Shown: piece after piece, positions 38,170 to 51,272 of the stretch
Position numbering within the stretch: the first letter of the stretch is position 1
Layout of the letters: each line of letters starts with the position of its first letter
NCBI GenBank assembly: GCA_013239625.1
Contig: MU054187.1
Span: forward strand, 3,731,757 to 3,795,756
Source: Lama guanicoe
Taxonomy: Eukaryota
Reading direction: 5' to 3'
Length of the DNA stretch: 64,000 nucleotides
Translations under genes and position numbers: made by a program
The notes under the pieces: model-generated
What the model was told of the DNA's origin: nothing
Databases searched by the model: none
Seen by the model: only the letters and a program-made list of their open reading frames with translations

Positions 38170-39436
38170 AAATACAGGAATACTATTTGATTTCCTCTTT
38201 GATTTCTTCAGTGACCCATTTGCTCTATAGTAACTATTGTTTAGCTTCATGTGTTTGTGGTTTTTGCAGTTCTTCTGTCCCCTGTAGTTGATTTCCAACC
38301 TTATACGGGTTGTGGTCAGAAAAGATACGATATGATTTCAATCTTCTTAGATTTACTGAGGCATGTTTTGTGGAATAGTACATGATCTATTCCTTGGAGA
38401 AAGTGCACTTGAGAAGAATGTGTATTCTGCTGCTTTTGGACAGAACGTTTTGTATCTATCTATTACATTTATTGGGTCTAATGTATCATTTAAGGCCAGT
38501 GTTTCCTTATTGATTTGCTGTCTGAATGATCTGCTCGTTGATGTAAGTGGCATGTTAAAGTTCTCTATTGTTATTGTGTTATTGTCAATTTCTCCCTTTA
38601 TGGCTGTTAATATTTGCTTTCTGTATTTAGGTGCTCCTATGTTGGGTGCATATGTATTTACAACTTTTATATCTTTTTCTTGAATTGATCCCTTGATCAT
38701 TATATGATGTCCTTCTTTGTCTCTTCTACAGTCTTTGTTTTAAAGTCTGTTTTGTATAATGCAAGTATTAGTACCCCAGCTTTCTTTCAGTTTCCATTTG
38801 CATGGAATATCTTTTCCCATACCCTCAGTTTCAGTTTGTGTGTGTCATTAGATCGAGAGTTAGTCTTGGTCTCTTCTTCAAATCTGAATGATAACCTTGC
38901 CAGGTAGATTATTCTTGGTTGTAGGTTTTTCCCTTTCATCACTTTGAATATATCATGCCATTCCCTTCTGGCCTGCAGAATTGTTGCTGAAAAGTCAGCT
39001 GATAGTCTTATGGATGTTTCCTTGTATGTTACTAGTTGTGTTTCCTTTGCTGCTTTTAATATTCTGTCTTCATCTTTAATTTTTGCTATTCTAATGACAG
39101 TATGCCTTGGTGTATTCTTCTTTGGGTTGATCTTGTTTGGGGCTATGTGTGCTTCCTGACCTTTCCTAGGTCAGGGAAGTTTTCAGCTATTATGTCTTCA
39201 AATATGTTCTCTTCTCCTTTCTTTCTCTATCTTCTCCTTCTGAGACCCCTATCAAGTATGTTTTTATGCTTGATGTTGTCCCAGAGGTCTCTCAAACTGT
39301 CCTCATTTCTTTTTAGTCTTTTTTGTTGCTTTTGTTCAGCTTGATTGATTTCCATTACTCTGTCTTCCAGTTTGCTGATCCATTCCTCTGTATCATATAA
39401 TCACTGTTGACTCCTTCTAGGGTATTTTTTATTTCA
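38170..39436 (-). mobile_element. L1 fragment (ORF1 3' part and ORF2 endonuclease)
   Basis: Frame 38353-38700: MIKGSIQEKDIKVVNTYAPNIGAPKY...AAEYTFFSS, a clear L1 ORF2 EN remnant. Confidence 0.9.
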
Positions 39437-39595
39437 AAACTGTCAAATACATAATTTGAATGCCTAGGAAAATGATCAGTGTGTAAACTATGTCCTGGGA
39501 ACGAGGTTGGCACTTTTGAAAGCCTCAATAATCCTTGGTAGACTGGAGTGCTTTAAGCATAAGGAGGAGTTCTAAATGGTTTCTACTAATAATAC

Positions 39596-39601
39596 TTTAT
39601 T
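39596..39601 (-). terminator. Candidate SDR16C6 polyadenylation signal (AATAAA)
   Basis: tttatt on the + strand, 24 nt beyond the stop codon. Confidence 0.55.
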
Positions 39602-39625
39602 TTATCACCACATTTGAGGTTGCAG

Positions 39626-39752
39626 CTACAGCTGTTTCCTCTCAGCTTCAGTCTGAACTTCACCTGCTTTGCTTTGCCCTATAAATGAAGCCATGCAAGT
39701 ATCCAAACCAAGGTACTCAATAAGGGCAAATAACATGTCTGAAGATAATATT
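39626..39752 (-). CDS. SDR16C6: SDR16C6 last coding exon (ILSSDMLFALIEYLGLDTCMASFIGQSKAGEVQTEAERKQL*)
   Basis: Long polypyrimidine acceptor cttttttctag|AAT; TAG stop at 39628-39626; EYLG motif aligns with the EYLR of SDR16C5. Confidence 0.92.
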
Positions 39753-40659
39753 CTAGAAAAAAGCAGAGGAAAAAAAATCAGAATCCTTTATGAGAATTTG
39801 AAGAGATTTCTTTGTAAAGATTACTTTGAATTACACAAAGTGTGAGTTGTCATGATACATGCTGTGCGTGTGTCACTGATGAGAGGGATGTACAAGGAAA
39901 CATCATGGCTCAGACACTGAGTGTGAGCCAACATCCAGGGAGCTTTGAACAAAACCAATGCTCAGGCCACGATTTAGCCATATGTTAACTCACTGTGTTC
40001 TGTGGAAAGACTGTGTATACCCTAATTTCCCAGACTACAAAGTGGTAGCAGAAACTAGAAAGAAAACCAAACTGATTAAAGCAGAATTTCACAGGAAGGG
40101 GAGGGAAGTAGGGCTCAGGCACTGGAGGTTTAAGGGACTCCAATGTACACTCAAGGTTGAGAACCATCACTTTAGTTCCTTGAAGACAGAGGAACGGTAC
40201 TTTGCTCAGTTCTGCTCAACTCAGCTCAACTTAGCAGACATTTATTGTGTGCATATTGTGTGTTAGGTCCTAAACCTGGAGCATGGAGCCAGAAACTGTC
40301 CTGTCCTCAGGGAGTGTGCAATTGAGCAAGGGGGACAGATGTCATACAAGCAGCCCATAGGTGTGGCTGGTGCTGTAGAAGGCAGGGAGAGATGTGAGGG
40401 GATTCGGCATCAAGGACTTTGACCAAGCTCAGCAGCTCACACATCTTACGGGAGGATGAACAGAAGGTACTGCTGAGAACGTCCCATGAGCACACATGTT
40501 CAGTGAATACATGCAGAAGCCCATAGGTCACAAAAATATGTTGAAGAAGGTATAAATTGTTAAGAAAGTGCTAGATTATTAATAACATCATTTTGTAATA
40601 GTGCATCACCAGTTGTGATTTCCACTGCTAGTAACCACGGCAGGGGAGGAGCACATCCT

Positions 40660-40840
40660 GATGTGATAAGAGATTAGGGTTTGTAATCAGATTTAAAACT
40701 TGGCTCCAGCACTTATTAGCTGCTTAATCCTGCAAAAATTACTTGTTTTCTTTAAGCTTCAGATTCCCTAGGTGTGAATAAGGTGCATGCGAGGCTGTCT
40801 TGCAGAATTTGGCACATGTAGGCAATTGATGAATGTTACA
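40660..40840 (+). mobile_element. MIR SINE
   Basis: cttggctccagcacttattagctg...ttacttgttttctttaagcttcagattcc. Confidence 0.55.
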
Positions 40841-41309
40841 TGTTGTTCTCTGTTCTCTACAAAGAAGACAGTGGGCCTGAGTTCAGTCCACCTGTGGGTA
40901 CTCTGAACTCACAGCATGAACTTGCAGATGCTCTCTCACTAAAGGACATGAGGGACTTACCTAATATACTTAATATTTTTCTGGCAACACACTCAGGTGT
41001 TTTTGCCCTTTGTTTTCAAAATAGAATTTCACATTAGTTGAACTAAAAGAATTCACCAAAAAATTGGGATCCTGTTGTTTTTCTTGGGGTTAGTAATTTG
41101 TAAAGCCCAATAATTCTAAATTTTCTCCATCTCTGGAGTAACCAAGCAGAGCTAGCAATAGTTCAATAAACTGTCCTTGCGTATTAGAACCTGAAGTTCT
41201 TCCTTTATCATTAAAAAATATAAAGTTGGCTTCTGGTGAAAGAGGTAGCAATGACGAGATAATTTGTTCACAAACAACTAAAATGATGGAGAAGTCATTA
41301 TTAACTTAC

Positions 41310-41435
41310 TGTTTAAGAAGCAATGCGAAATACACAAATTTGGGCATCATTAAGTATGTCTGCTCCTCTAAAATAGCATTTAAAACTTTTTCGGCCACAT
41401 ACTCCTTCTCCAGTATGGGCAACAGAAACGGATAC
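41310..41435 (-). CDS. SDR16C6: SDR16C6 coding exon 5 ([41 protein letters not shown])
   Basis: Acceptor tttttactccag|GTA, donor ACA|gtaagt, 126 nt. Confidence 0.94.
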
Positions 41436-42139
41436 CTGGAGTAAAAATAATAAAAATTATATTGTCAGAGTGGTATTTTTTTTTTACTGTCATTATGAGC
41501 ATTAATGATTACATTTTATATATCAAGTTATTAGCGTGTGTCTATGAATATGCAAACAAGATGTAAATATTCAGAACTGCCTTGTGTTTTCCCACATAAC
41601 CGATACTGGGACCAGAGCTATTACATTCAACTTCCTGGAGTGAACATCCTGCCCTTTATTGATTTTCTGCTACGTGATGGTCTAGACATTTGGAAGGAGT
41701 TACTTTTAGGTTTTCTTTGTACTTTTCTTTTCTCTCTTTTACCCTAAACATCAAGTAATTGTATACTATTAAGAAGCAAAATTCCAAAATCATTTTATCA
41801 AAAAAATCTCCTGAGCATGTATAATGTGTCTTTATTTTAGGTAGACTATTGTTAAGCCACATTAAGCAGGATTAGATGTTTGTGAAGTCAGTTAGAGTTG
41901 AAATGGGATGAGCAAGTAGTAAAGCTCCCATTAGAAAGTACTTTGACATTTTTTGCTTTTATATCATGCTTCTCTATTACTTGCACCACACCTCCTCAAA
42001 AGTTCTGTTTATCTCAGCTGATTCTTGAAAGCTGGTCAATTTCCTGTAATTAAATGTTGGTCATTAGTCTTTACATTTTTGTCTCCTAGAAGTTCCTTAG
42101 AACTATAGCCCTAAGACTCCAATATTTATTAAAAAACAG

Positions 42140-43235
42140 TTTTCCAAAGGCATACAAATGGCTAACATGTACACGAAAAGGTGCTCAATGTCACTAATCA
42201 TCAGGGAAATAAAAAGCAAAACCACAATGAGACATCACCTCACACCTGTTAGAATGGCCGTCATCAGAAAGACAAGTGCTAACAAATGCTGGCGAGAATG
42301 TGGAGAAAAGGGAATCCTTGTATGTTGTTGGTGAGAATATAAATTGGGGCAGCCACTATGGAAAACCATATGGATGGTCCTCAGAAAATTAAAAATAGAG
42401 CTATCATGTGATCCAGCAATTTCGTTTCTGGGTATATATCCAAAGGAACTGAAATCAGGGTCTTGTAGAGAAATCTGCCTTCCCATGTTCATTGTAGCAT
42501 TATTAACAGTAGTCAAGATGTGAAAATATCCTGAGTGTCTGTGGATGGATGAGTGGATAAGGAAAACTTGGTGTATACTTAAACCATATATATATATAAT
42601 GGAATATTATTCAGCCATGAGAAAGAAGGAAATCCAGCTGTTTGTGACATCTTGGATGAAACTTGGGGGCATCATGAAAAGTGAAACAGGCAGAGAAAGA
42701 CAAATACTATGTGACATCACTTATATGTGGAATCTAAAAGAGCTAAACTCATAGAAACGGAGAGTAGAGTGGTGGTTACCAAGGCCTGGAGGTAGAGAGA
42801 TGGGGAGATGTTGATCAAAAGGCACAAACTTTTGAGTTATAATATCAGCCAGTTCTGAGGATCTGATGGACAGCATGGAGACTTTAGCTAACAGATACTC
42901 TATCACATACCTGAATGTTGCTGACAGAGGAGATACTAAATATTCTCACTACAAAAAAGTAAGGGTAGAGGGGGCAGGGTATAGCTCAGTGGTAGAGTGC
43001 ATGCCTAGCATGCATGAGGTCCTGGGTTCAATCCCCAGTCCCTCCGTTGAAAGTAATAAGTAGACCTAATTACCTCCCCCCTCCCCAAGCAAAAACAAAC
43101 AAAAAGGAAATGGTAGTCATGTGATGAGATGGTGGTGTTAGCTAATGCTATGGTGGTAATCATTTTCCCAAAATAACACATTTGTTTGTCTTAAAGTGTT
43201 ATATGCCAACTGTGTCTCAGTAGAGCTAGAAAACG
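42140..43235 (+). mobile_element. L1MA/L1MB-type 3' fragment interrupted by a SINE
   Basis: aaaccacaatgagacatcacctcacacctgttagaatggc...tggaatattattcagccatgagaaagaagg. Confidence 0.85.
42970..43100 (+). mobile_element. tRNA-derived SINE (camelid Vic-1-like)
   Basis: A box TAGCTCAGTGG at 42982-42992, B box GGTTCAATCC at 43025-43034, C-rich body, A-rich tail, and degenerate TSD aaaaagtaagggtag / aaaaaggaaatggtag. Confidence 0.8.
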
Positions 43236-43933
43236 TACAGCCCCCACATCAGTGTTCCTTTCATCCTCTACCATCTTAAGGTTGGTAATCTTTATTTTTC
43301 TAGAGGCTTTGTCTTTATCTTTCATGTGTGTAGGGACTCCAAGTGTACAACAGCCATCACTTAACATCACTGTTTTTGTTGGCTACCATGTCACCTTTTC
43401 TCGGCTGGTCACATTTATTCTGTGATCCTGATAATCTAGCTTTTATTCTTACCATCCTGGAGAGGGTGTTATGTTAACTTGGCAGGAAAAGTTTCTTAGC
43501 AAATGCAAAAATTCTCATTTCTCAGATATAATAAAATATCTTCCCCACATATTTTAATCAGTCTTTCAAAATATTTTATCTTTTGGGCTATTTTTACTTC
43601 AGTCATCTTTTTAGGAAAGAAATTATCTTCTCAACACTACAATGCTATATATTATAATTATTTCTCACTACCAACTTTTCTATTGTAATACTCTGAATGG
43701 CAACTGAGGTTTATATTTTTACTATATGATATGCTTCATAACCATATATTATCTTTAAATGGAATAAACTCATTAATTTAATATGCATTGAATTTTTTCT
43801 TTTACTAAATTAGATGCAATTTCTTTCTTTTCCTTTACTTTTCGTATTTCAAAACTTCAAAATGAAAAGATGATAATTGACATGCATTGGAAGATTATTT
43901 TAAGAGAAAAGATTACTGTAAGAGTTCACTTAC

Positions 43934-44078
43934 TTGGTTGTACAGCCATGAAACATTTCAGTTTTGATGAAATATGGGCAAACGATAGTGGTTTTAATGT
44001 TACTTTTTTTTAGTACTCTTAATTCAATGTAGAGAGACTCTGCAAAGCCAAAAGCTGCAAATTTGCTTGCACAATAAT
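43934..44078 (-). CDS. SDR16C6: SDR16C6 coding exon 4 ([20 protein letters not shown]...[15 protein letters not shown])
   Basis: Acceptor tttgtttcag|AT, donor CAA|gtaagt, 145 nt, YxxxK motif. Confidence 0.95.
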
Positions 44079-44529
44079 CTGAAACAAAGTGAAGAGCTGT
44101 TAGTAATAGAATTTGACAAGTTAAGTTCTGGACTATTTTAAAAATTGAAACTCCCTCCCCTTCCTCTGGCTTAATTTTGGGGGCAAAGCATCACTGTTAA
44201 AGTCATCTTTGTGGTCACTCTACTCTTACAGCTCCACACTACCTACCCAACAACAAAATGAAAATTATTTCAATTTCTCTTAACTCAAGAAGACTACTGA
44301 GCCAATTGGCATATTCTTTTCTCTCTCTCTCTCTTTTTTTTTTTTTAAAGAGGAGACTTCCTCTTACCATTGCCATTTTAAATTGGGAAAAGGAAAGGAA
44401 TTCTGGCATTGTAAATAGAGCCAAATGTACCAGAGGTTTCCCCTTGGTGCAGGAAGAGTTCTCTGTACCTTGGGAAACTCCTGATTTCTGTAAACTGGGG
44501 AGAACAAAGGCACATGGTGAAGTATTTAC

Positions 44530-44629
44530 CTGATAGTCCATTGATGCCAACTACTCCTGCTGTACTTGAGATACAGACTAAGTGACCATGGTTGGCTTTC
44601 ATCATGGCAGGAAGGAAGGCCTTATAAGT
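44530..44629 (-). CDS. SDR16C6: SDR16C6 coding exon 3 ([33 protein letters not shown])
   Basis: Acceptor accttccag|ACT, donor CAG|gtaaat, 100 nt. Confidence 0.95.
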
Positions 44630-47600
44630 CTGGAAGGTATAAATACACTGCGTTAGTATTTTATTCATTTTTTATTTTATTTGCTCAATAAGTGTTTGAT
44701 CAGTTTACAGACTCAACAAATATTTAACGTGTTATAACGTGTTAAATTCTGTGACAGTACAAAACAGTCACTGGTACCATGTATTCACTATTCTCAAGAG
44801 TCTTAAAATTTATTATGTGTTAATCTATAGGACTTGCTTTTGCTTTACGTAAACTATACCAATTGAATGAAATCAATGTTTTACATTTAGAGTTTGTTGA
44901 AAACAAACATAAAACCGAATTTTTCTGGTATGCTGACCTCTTCCACATAGTTTTCAGCAATTTGTATTAAAATTTAATCACACTCACTTTCTTGGCTTCC
45001 CTAAATGAGATCCCCCCTCACCCCAGTGGATTGGCAGAATGGGAAAAACTGCTCAAGGAAAGGTGAGGGATTTCAGTTCAAGGAAAACATGGGCTGCTAA
45101 GTAGAAGTACCCTTGGAATTGTCTGCCATGATTAGATACATTCTTAGATACTTTGGTGAAACTGACTCATTCATCCTCAAGTGAGGTATCAATTCGGGGT
45201 TCTGAGTGCCCACAGCAAGGAGAGGTTCCAGTTCCCTTACCCCAGCTCTTTCAGGAAACTTTCTCACTCTTTCTTGTCCTGATATTGGGCTCCTTAACCT
45301 AGCTTCTGTTTGGAAACATTACCCAAAACTTGAAATCAAGTAAAGAGATGATCAAATGACTTTCAACATGCTAGAGCATTTTCTAATAACCCTGCCCGAG
45401 ATTTATCTAACTCTCTTAGCAATGTAACTTTTTTTTCACTAATACTTATTAGAACCAGGATGTTTCACAATCCTGTAAAATTAGAGGTTAACATGCAGAA
45501 AACAAATAGGTGTGACTTTTTTTTTTTGGTCTAATAGATAAGATAGTCTCAGAGGTAAGCGTTTAATGAGTGATCTTATCTCAGCATTCTTTTTCATTGA
45601 CTTTATAAATCCAAATTTCTCATTTCATCAATTTATCGGCAGCGTTATTCTGCTGGTTCTCTCATAAATTAAATAACGCCTTGACATACAATGCTTACCA
45701 TCTATGAGATTTATGATTTTAACAACGTCAGAATTTTGTGTTAAGAGTTTTGGAAAGTCTGGCAAGATGTGCTTACCTACGGGGACCCAGTAGACCAGAG
45801 GGCAGCTACAGGATCAAAGAATATCACCTTTGTTTTTGAAATCTTTTTGGGCCTCACTAACCTTGTCCCAGAACTGTTGAACTGACTGATAAGCTTCTGC
45901 GTGCATGCAGACAACTGGCCTCTTTTGACATTTCATATCCAAGCATGGAGGGAATTTTATATGTCTCTTGTGGTTACATCTTTATTTTTCAAACATTAAA
46001 AATTAAAAAGTATTGTTGGACCAGTCATGACTGCAGGCTAGATGGAAGTAGCAAGAGCTGGCTGTTGTCTTTCAGCACATGTGAAAAAAATCCAGCCTGA
46101 GCCCCAGAGGGCACCTGCGGGGCGATCTTCTGGTCGACCCTGTGGGAGTTCCGCTCTGGGAACCTGGTATGGATGTTTAGCTATGGTGTCACTATGGGGG
46201 TCTGAAAGTTTATAAAACTCTCAAGAAGGTGACGTGGGGTAATGGAGATGAAGTTGTGTGTCAGTGTGACTTTTGATAAGGAATTTCAGGGGTTGAGGCA
46301 GTGAAAATCCCCAGGTTATGGTATGAGGAAGTTGTGACCTCCTGCTGCCTGGCATCTGGCTGAACATGGGTGAAATTAAATGGTGATTGGCATAAGCAGT
46401 TATCTACTCGCAGAGATCTAACCAGTTGCAGGAGTTCAGTTTTGTTTTTTTTCTTTTACCCCACGAGGGCTTTTAATTTTTTCAAATGTATCTGTAAGTG
46501 TATTTGCTTTTGAACTGGGGCTAAAGTTGCTACCATTTTTCTGTGTTTCCAGTGGAGAAAAGGGTTCCTTCACAGAAGGAAAGTGACTGTTCCAAGGGTC
46601 TGTTTGTGTTTCGAGCCCTACATATCAGTGGAAGGCTTGTTAAAGGACATTCTAGAAGAAGAATTTATCATAAAAGCCCATTATTTGTTCTCACTATATA
46701 GAGATCCACCACTAAAGGGAAGGAAAAGGAATGCAAATGAGTGTTGAGTGAGCGGTTAGCCATCAAAATGAATGAAGGAAACTCTGGGAAAGCGTTTTTA
46801 ACCAGGGAGCTCAATAGAGACTTACACGTGGCTCCGGGTTTACACATCACTCGTAACGAGGCAAATCTGAGCTGACGAGACTTGTGAAAACAGGTCTGTT
46901 TATCACACGTGGGATGTAATACAGACAAACATCAGATTTGCTTGACTTCGCTTTATAAATTTTTTCACCCTGGTCGTGGGTCAGATAAGCTATCATTGTT
47001 TCCACAAAACATTTCAGGTTATGGAGAAGGCAAATATATGCTCAGTTAAATTGAATTACAACAAATAATGGTTTTATTGTTTTTTTAAAACAGGAAAACT
47101 GGGGTTTTGGGAATTCAGGCAGGTTTGCCAGTTCTTTGGACTTAGTTCTTCCACCTGCACCGTCTTTTACAATTTTTTAACGTTATCTTGTCAACAACCC
47201 ATTAATGTCATCGTTGATTGTTTTACTCTGAAGTGTCAATTTAAATGAGTTCAAGACTTTAGAATGGTATTAATTTGGGTAAATTTGTGAGAGGTCTTTG
47301 GTTCCCCAGAAAATTTTAAAAGAAATTAGAATTCATGGAGCCAAGTTATGCAGTTACCTAGCACAGTGTGGCTTGGTTTTTAAAGACTGAATTGAGAAGT
47401 TAAGTTCAATGTGGCACAAACCTTATCTTCTAATATGACAATAAGGTTAAGTATATTTTAAAGTTATGGTTGAAAGCTAAAAATGATATTGCTATATGGC
47501 TATATGTATATTTTATATGTTTAATTCATACCATATTAATATGCATTTAAGTTAATAAGCAAAATAATTGTACGTATCATAAGGATGAGAGGCTTGGTAG

Positions 47601-50234
47601 CTTTAAATTGGCTGTAAGATCTTCAGTCTGCTGTAAATAAGCGGTGTTAAAAGGCATTTCTTTGCCCTCTGTAATCTGCCTAGAGAGTGGGAGTTCTTAC
47701 ATTGTCAGATTAATCTGCACCCTTTAGGTAACTTTTGTCATGCTATTGAATTGTTTAAAACAAAGAACAAAAACTTGTCACATCTGAAATCTCTAAAGTC
47801 CCAACAGGGGTGCTAGGAACAGTGAGGTATATTTGGCATGTTCCAAATTTCTTCATTAGCTTAGCCCTACTTTAGGATCTGTCTTGAGAAAACATGGGGA
47901 AACACTGTTGAGTCAAAAAAAAGCAGCTCAACCTTTCTCAAGTAAATGTATTACCACAAATATGTTTCCTCAGAGGTTGCACACCTGTGTGGGTGGAGAG
48001 AAGGGCTCTGGGGATTGGCCAGCGCTCTCAGTGCAGTAGGACACCAAGTCTGCCTGAAATAGTCACGTGTTAACACTGCAACAGAGGTCTCTGTTTTCTT
48101 CAACTGATATTTTGGGCTAGTGAAATAAAGTAATCACATCCGTTCAGTTTTGTCATCAGTAGGAAAGTTCTGGACTCCCCTCACCTTGCCCGAGGGCTGT
48201 GGTGTCAGGTGGAAGACACAGCACAGCGGGGCACTGAAAGTCACGCTGGAAGGGCTGCTTCAAGAAGCCGACTTGTTGGTGCAGGCTCTCCCAGGGGCTG
48301 GCATTGCCGCTGTGACGAGATCCCTGCGAGGCCACCCAGGGCTGAGCCAGGCCCCCTGGCCCCTTTAGTCCAGAAGTAGTTGACAATATGGCTTGGACAA
48401 ATATGCGGAATGAAATTTACTTAGTCTAACCCGCATGTATCCAGGCAGCCACGTCGTTTTATAGGTAGCCTGAGAGATGTTAATTGCCCTTGTGCACAAA
48501 CCTACTTTGGGCAAAAGGCAGAGTCTATTACACTGACCGTTTCTGAGTCCTCCCTCTTTCATGGCCATGTATTTATTTTCATGCGTTCAATAAGAACCAG
48601 TCTTTTTAAAAACATCAGGGTATAACTGAGGAGATGGGTAGTGCAGCTAGAACGCAGGTGTGTCATATTTAAGACGGTTTCATTTAGTCCGTATGACAAG
48701 CCCACTTAGTTAGGGGCAACGATTATATTTCATACACAGAACCAATGCCTACTGAGCTGCCTTTCCAGGAAGCTGGACTGGCACCTGTTCTGTGGCCTTC
48801 AGAGCCCCTCCCAGCCTCATTGGTATTAAGGAAGGCCACTTCCTGGCAGGCCAGGGACCTTGGCAGGTTTGGGAGACCTCAAGAAAAAGAAATTCTGTCA
48901 TAATGAAAAATACTGCAGGCAAAACTTGGTGGAGGCATTTCTTGGTTTTCATTCCCTAGCCTTGGATGACACCAGCTGACAAGAGCAGTAAAAGCAAGCA
49001 AACAAGCCAAGAAGCCTTTGGGCTTTTATGGAGGTGCACGTAGGCGCCTTCCATAATCTTCAGGTGGAAGTTAATTCTCTGATTCTACTGTCTCTCTGAT
49101 GAGCGGGGCATTCCACAAGAAGCCTGTGTGTGTCTGTTAATACCCTTTACTTACCTTGTATTGTAACTCTGTAAATGAACCAAACCAAATAGAATAGTAA
49201 ACATGGTGTAAAGGTACAAATTCAGAGACTGCACTAGAACTGGGGATGCCCCAGAACCACTGCATGAGAGTCAGGAGAAAGAAAACTCCCGTCAGAAGGA
49301 CAGCTTGTGCAAGGACCCTCATCTGGAAAGAGCCTGATGAGCTCTGGGGTCCCGTCAGGACCCGTGGAAAACAGGACACCAGCAGAAAGTAGAGAAAGTG
49401 AGAGGCAGGGGCAGGTGAGTGAGGACGTTAGCACTTCATGTAGGGGCTTACCGGCCGCGATAGGTGATTGTGTGCTAGTCTAAGTGCATGCGAATCCTCT
49501 GAACACTTCTGAGTAGGAGAGTGAGACGATTTAGTTAGTTGTTTCAAAAATCCCTCTGCTCCTGTATGAAGACAGGTGGAAGGTGCCAGCACTGAGAATG
49601 GAAAGCCATGTTGAGCTGCATTTGAGAGGGGACGTCAGCTTGGACCAGAGGCTGGCAGCGGGGAAGGAGAGGAATGAGTGTACTTGAGCATGTTATATAG
49701 GAAGAGCCAGGGAGTTGCACATAAGGGAAAGGGAAGAATGCGGGCTGGCTTCTAGATTTGTGATGTGATTAGAAATGGGTGCAACGTGGCTCTGTTTGCC
49801 AACATGATATTTCCCCTTCCCCAAGGAAGTTTTGGGGTGAGCTGGGAGGGGGAAAATCAGTGATTTTTGTATATGTTTATGAAATACTGTTGGATGTCAA
49901 GCACTGTGCTAGATGCTCAATAAATATTGGTTGAAAAAGGTTTGTTGGGCTCCAATCGGGATTCCCAAAAGGAGACTGAGAAAGCAGTTCTGAGGACCTC
50001 AGAGAGTGGGTGTAGAAGCAGGGAGTGGAAAGGAGGAGGAGCCTCAGTATGTAAGGCAAGCCCATCCCAAGGGCCTGTCCTCAGAGCCCCAGAGAACAGG
50101 CTCATGCCCCCCTGTGCCTCGTGCACCCCGTCCCCCCGTCCCTGCTCATCCCCTTCTAGCTTCAAGTGTAAGCCCTCTCGGCTGAGAGTCCCCTGGGAGC
50201 TCAAGTTTCCTTTGGCCTCCTGTCTATTTTCTGG

Positions 50235-50450
50235 AGTTGCGTTATCCAAGACAGTAGCCTCTAGGCTTATGTGGCTATTTAAATATAGATTCAGATGAGT
50301 TAAATTACATAAAGTTAAGAATTTGGTTCTTCGGTCCCACTAACCGCAAGTGCTCAATGGCCACAAGCGGCCAGTGGCTGCCATGTTGGGAGGCACAGGA
50401 AAGGGCATTTCTATCATCACAGACAGTTCTAGTGGCCAGCCCTGGTCTAG
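50235..50450. mobile_element. MER3-like hAT-Charlie element
   Basis: atgtggctatttaaat...caagtgctcaatggccaca...tttctatcatcacagacagttctagtggccagc. Confidence 0.65.
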
Positions 50451-50559
50451 ACACTTCAGCCCTCAAGAGACACACTCCTGAGTTACAGATTTACCAATTC
50501 TTTTGCTGTGAAGAGTCTTTCCCTTCTCTCTTGCTTCTCCCTTCTATAATCTAGGACCA

Positions 50560-50710
50560 TCCCTTGGGTAAGTCATTTAAACCCTTTGAGCCTTGGTTTC
50601 CTTATTTGTAAAATAGTAATAAAATGGCATTGTGGCTACCACATGCAGGAAAAGAGCTTAGAGTCGTGCTTGGCATACAGTAAGAACTCAGTAAGTGTTG
50701 ATAATGATTC
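50560..50710 (+). mobile_element. MIR SINE
   Basis: ccttgggtaagtcatttaaaccctttgagccttggtttccttatttgtaaaatag core. Confidence 0.7.
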
Positions 50711-51140
50711 CTCCTGCCATTGTTTCCTTTTTTATGATACCCAGTTGTGCAAGGACATAAACCACCACTCTGAAAATAGCCCCCCTCTCTCAAGCACTTC
50801 TTTAACTCATGAACAAAATTAAATCTTTCTTTGTGTAATGGCTGCCATGTTCTGCTTGAATTTTGGTAGGAAGATTTCTAGCAACCTACTAAGTCTTGGG
50901 ACCAAACTGGAGGGGCTAGAGGGAAGAGCCTTGCCCTGAGAACGTGGAGCAGGGTGAGAACAGGGGAACAGAGCCGAAGGAGTGGGAAGGTCACACCGGG
51001 CAGGATGAGGTCTATTCAGTCTGTCAGTGGAAACTCACAGATGGTATATTGACACATGCATGGCTGACGGGTGGTTTTCAGAAATACATGAAGTTTTCAT
51101 ATTCATCAACAAAAGAAAATGAAAAAGAAAGAAGACTTAC

Positions 51141-51272
51141 CCAGACGTGAGACAGGGCATTTACAAGAAACGATCTTTCCACCATGTCATCTGGAGTACT
51201 GAGGAACAGCTTTCCCGTTACCACCCCGGCGTTGTTAATGAGAATGGTCACATCGCCCACTTCCTTTTTAAC
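51141..51272 (-). CDS. SDR16C6: SDR16C6 coding exon 2 ([16 protein letters not shown]...LSHVW)
   Basis: Acceptor ttctgcctag|GTT, donor TGG|gtaagt, 132 nt. Confidence 0.95.

Noticed and set aside
38353..38700. 115-aa endonuclease-like ORF
   Set aside because: Decayed L1 ORF2 fragment with stops and frameshifts on both sides; not a host gene.
42970..43045. Possible tRNA gene
   Set aside because: It continues into a C-rich body and A-rich tail with a TSD inside an L1, so it is a SINE rather than a tRNA.
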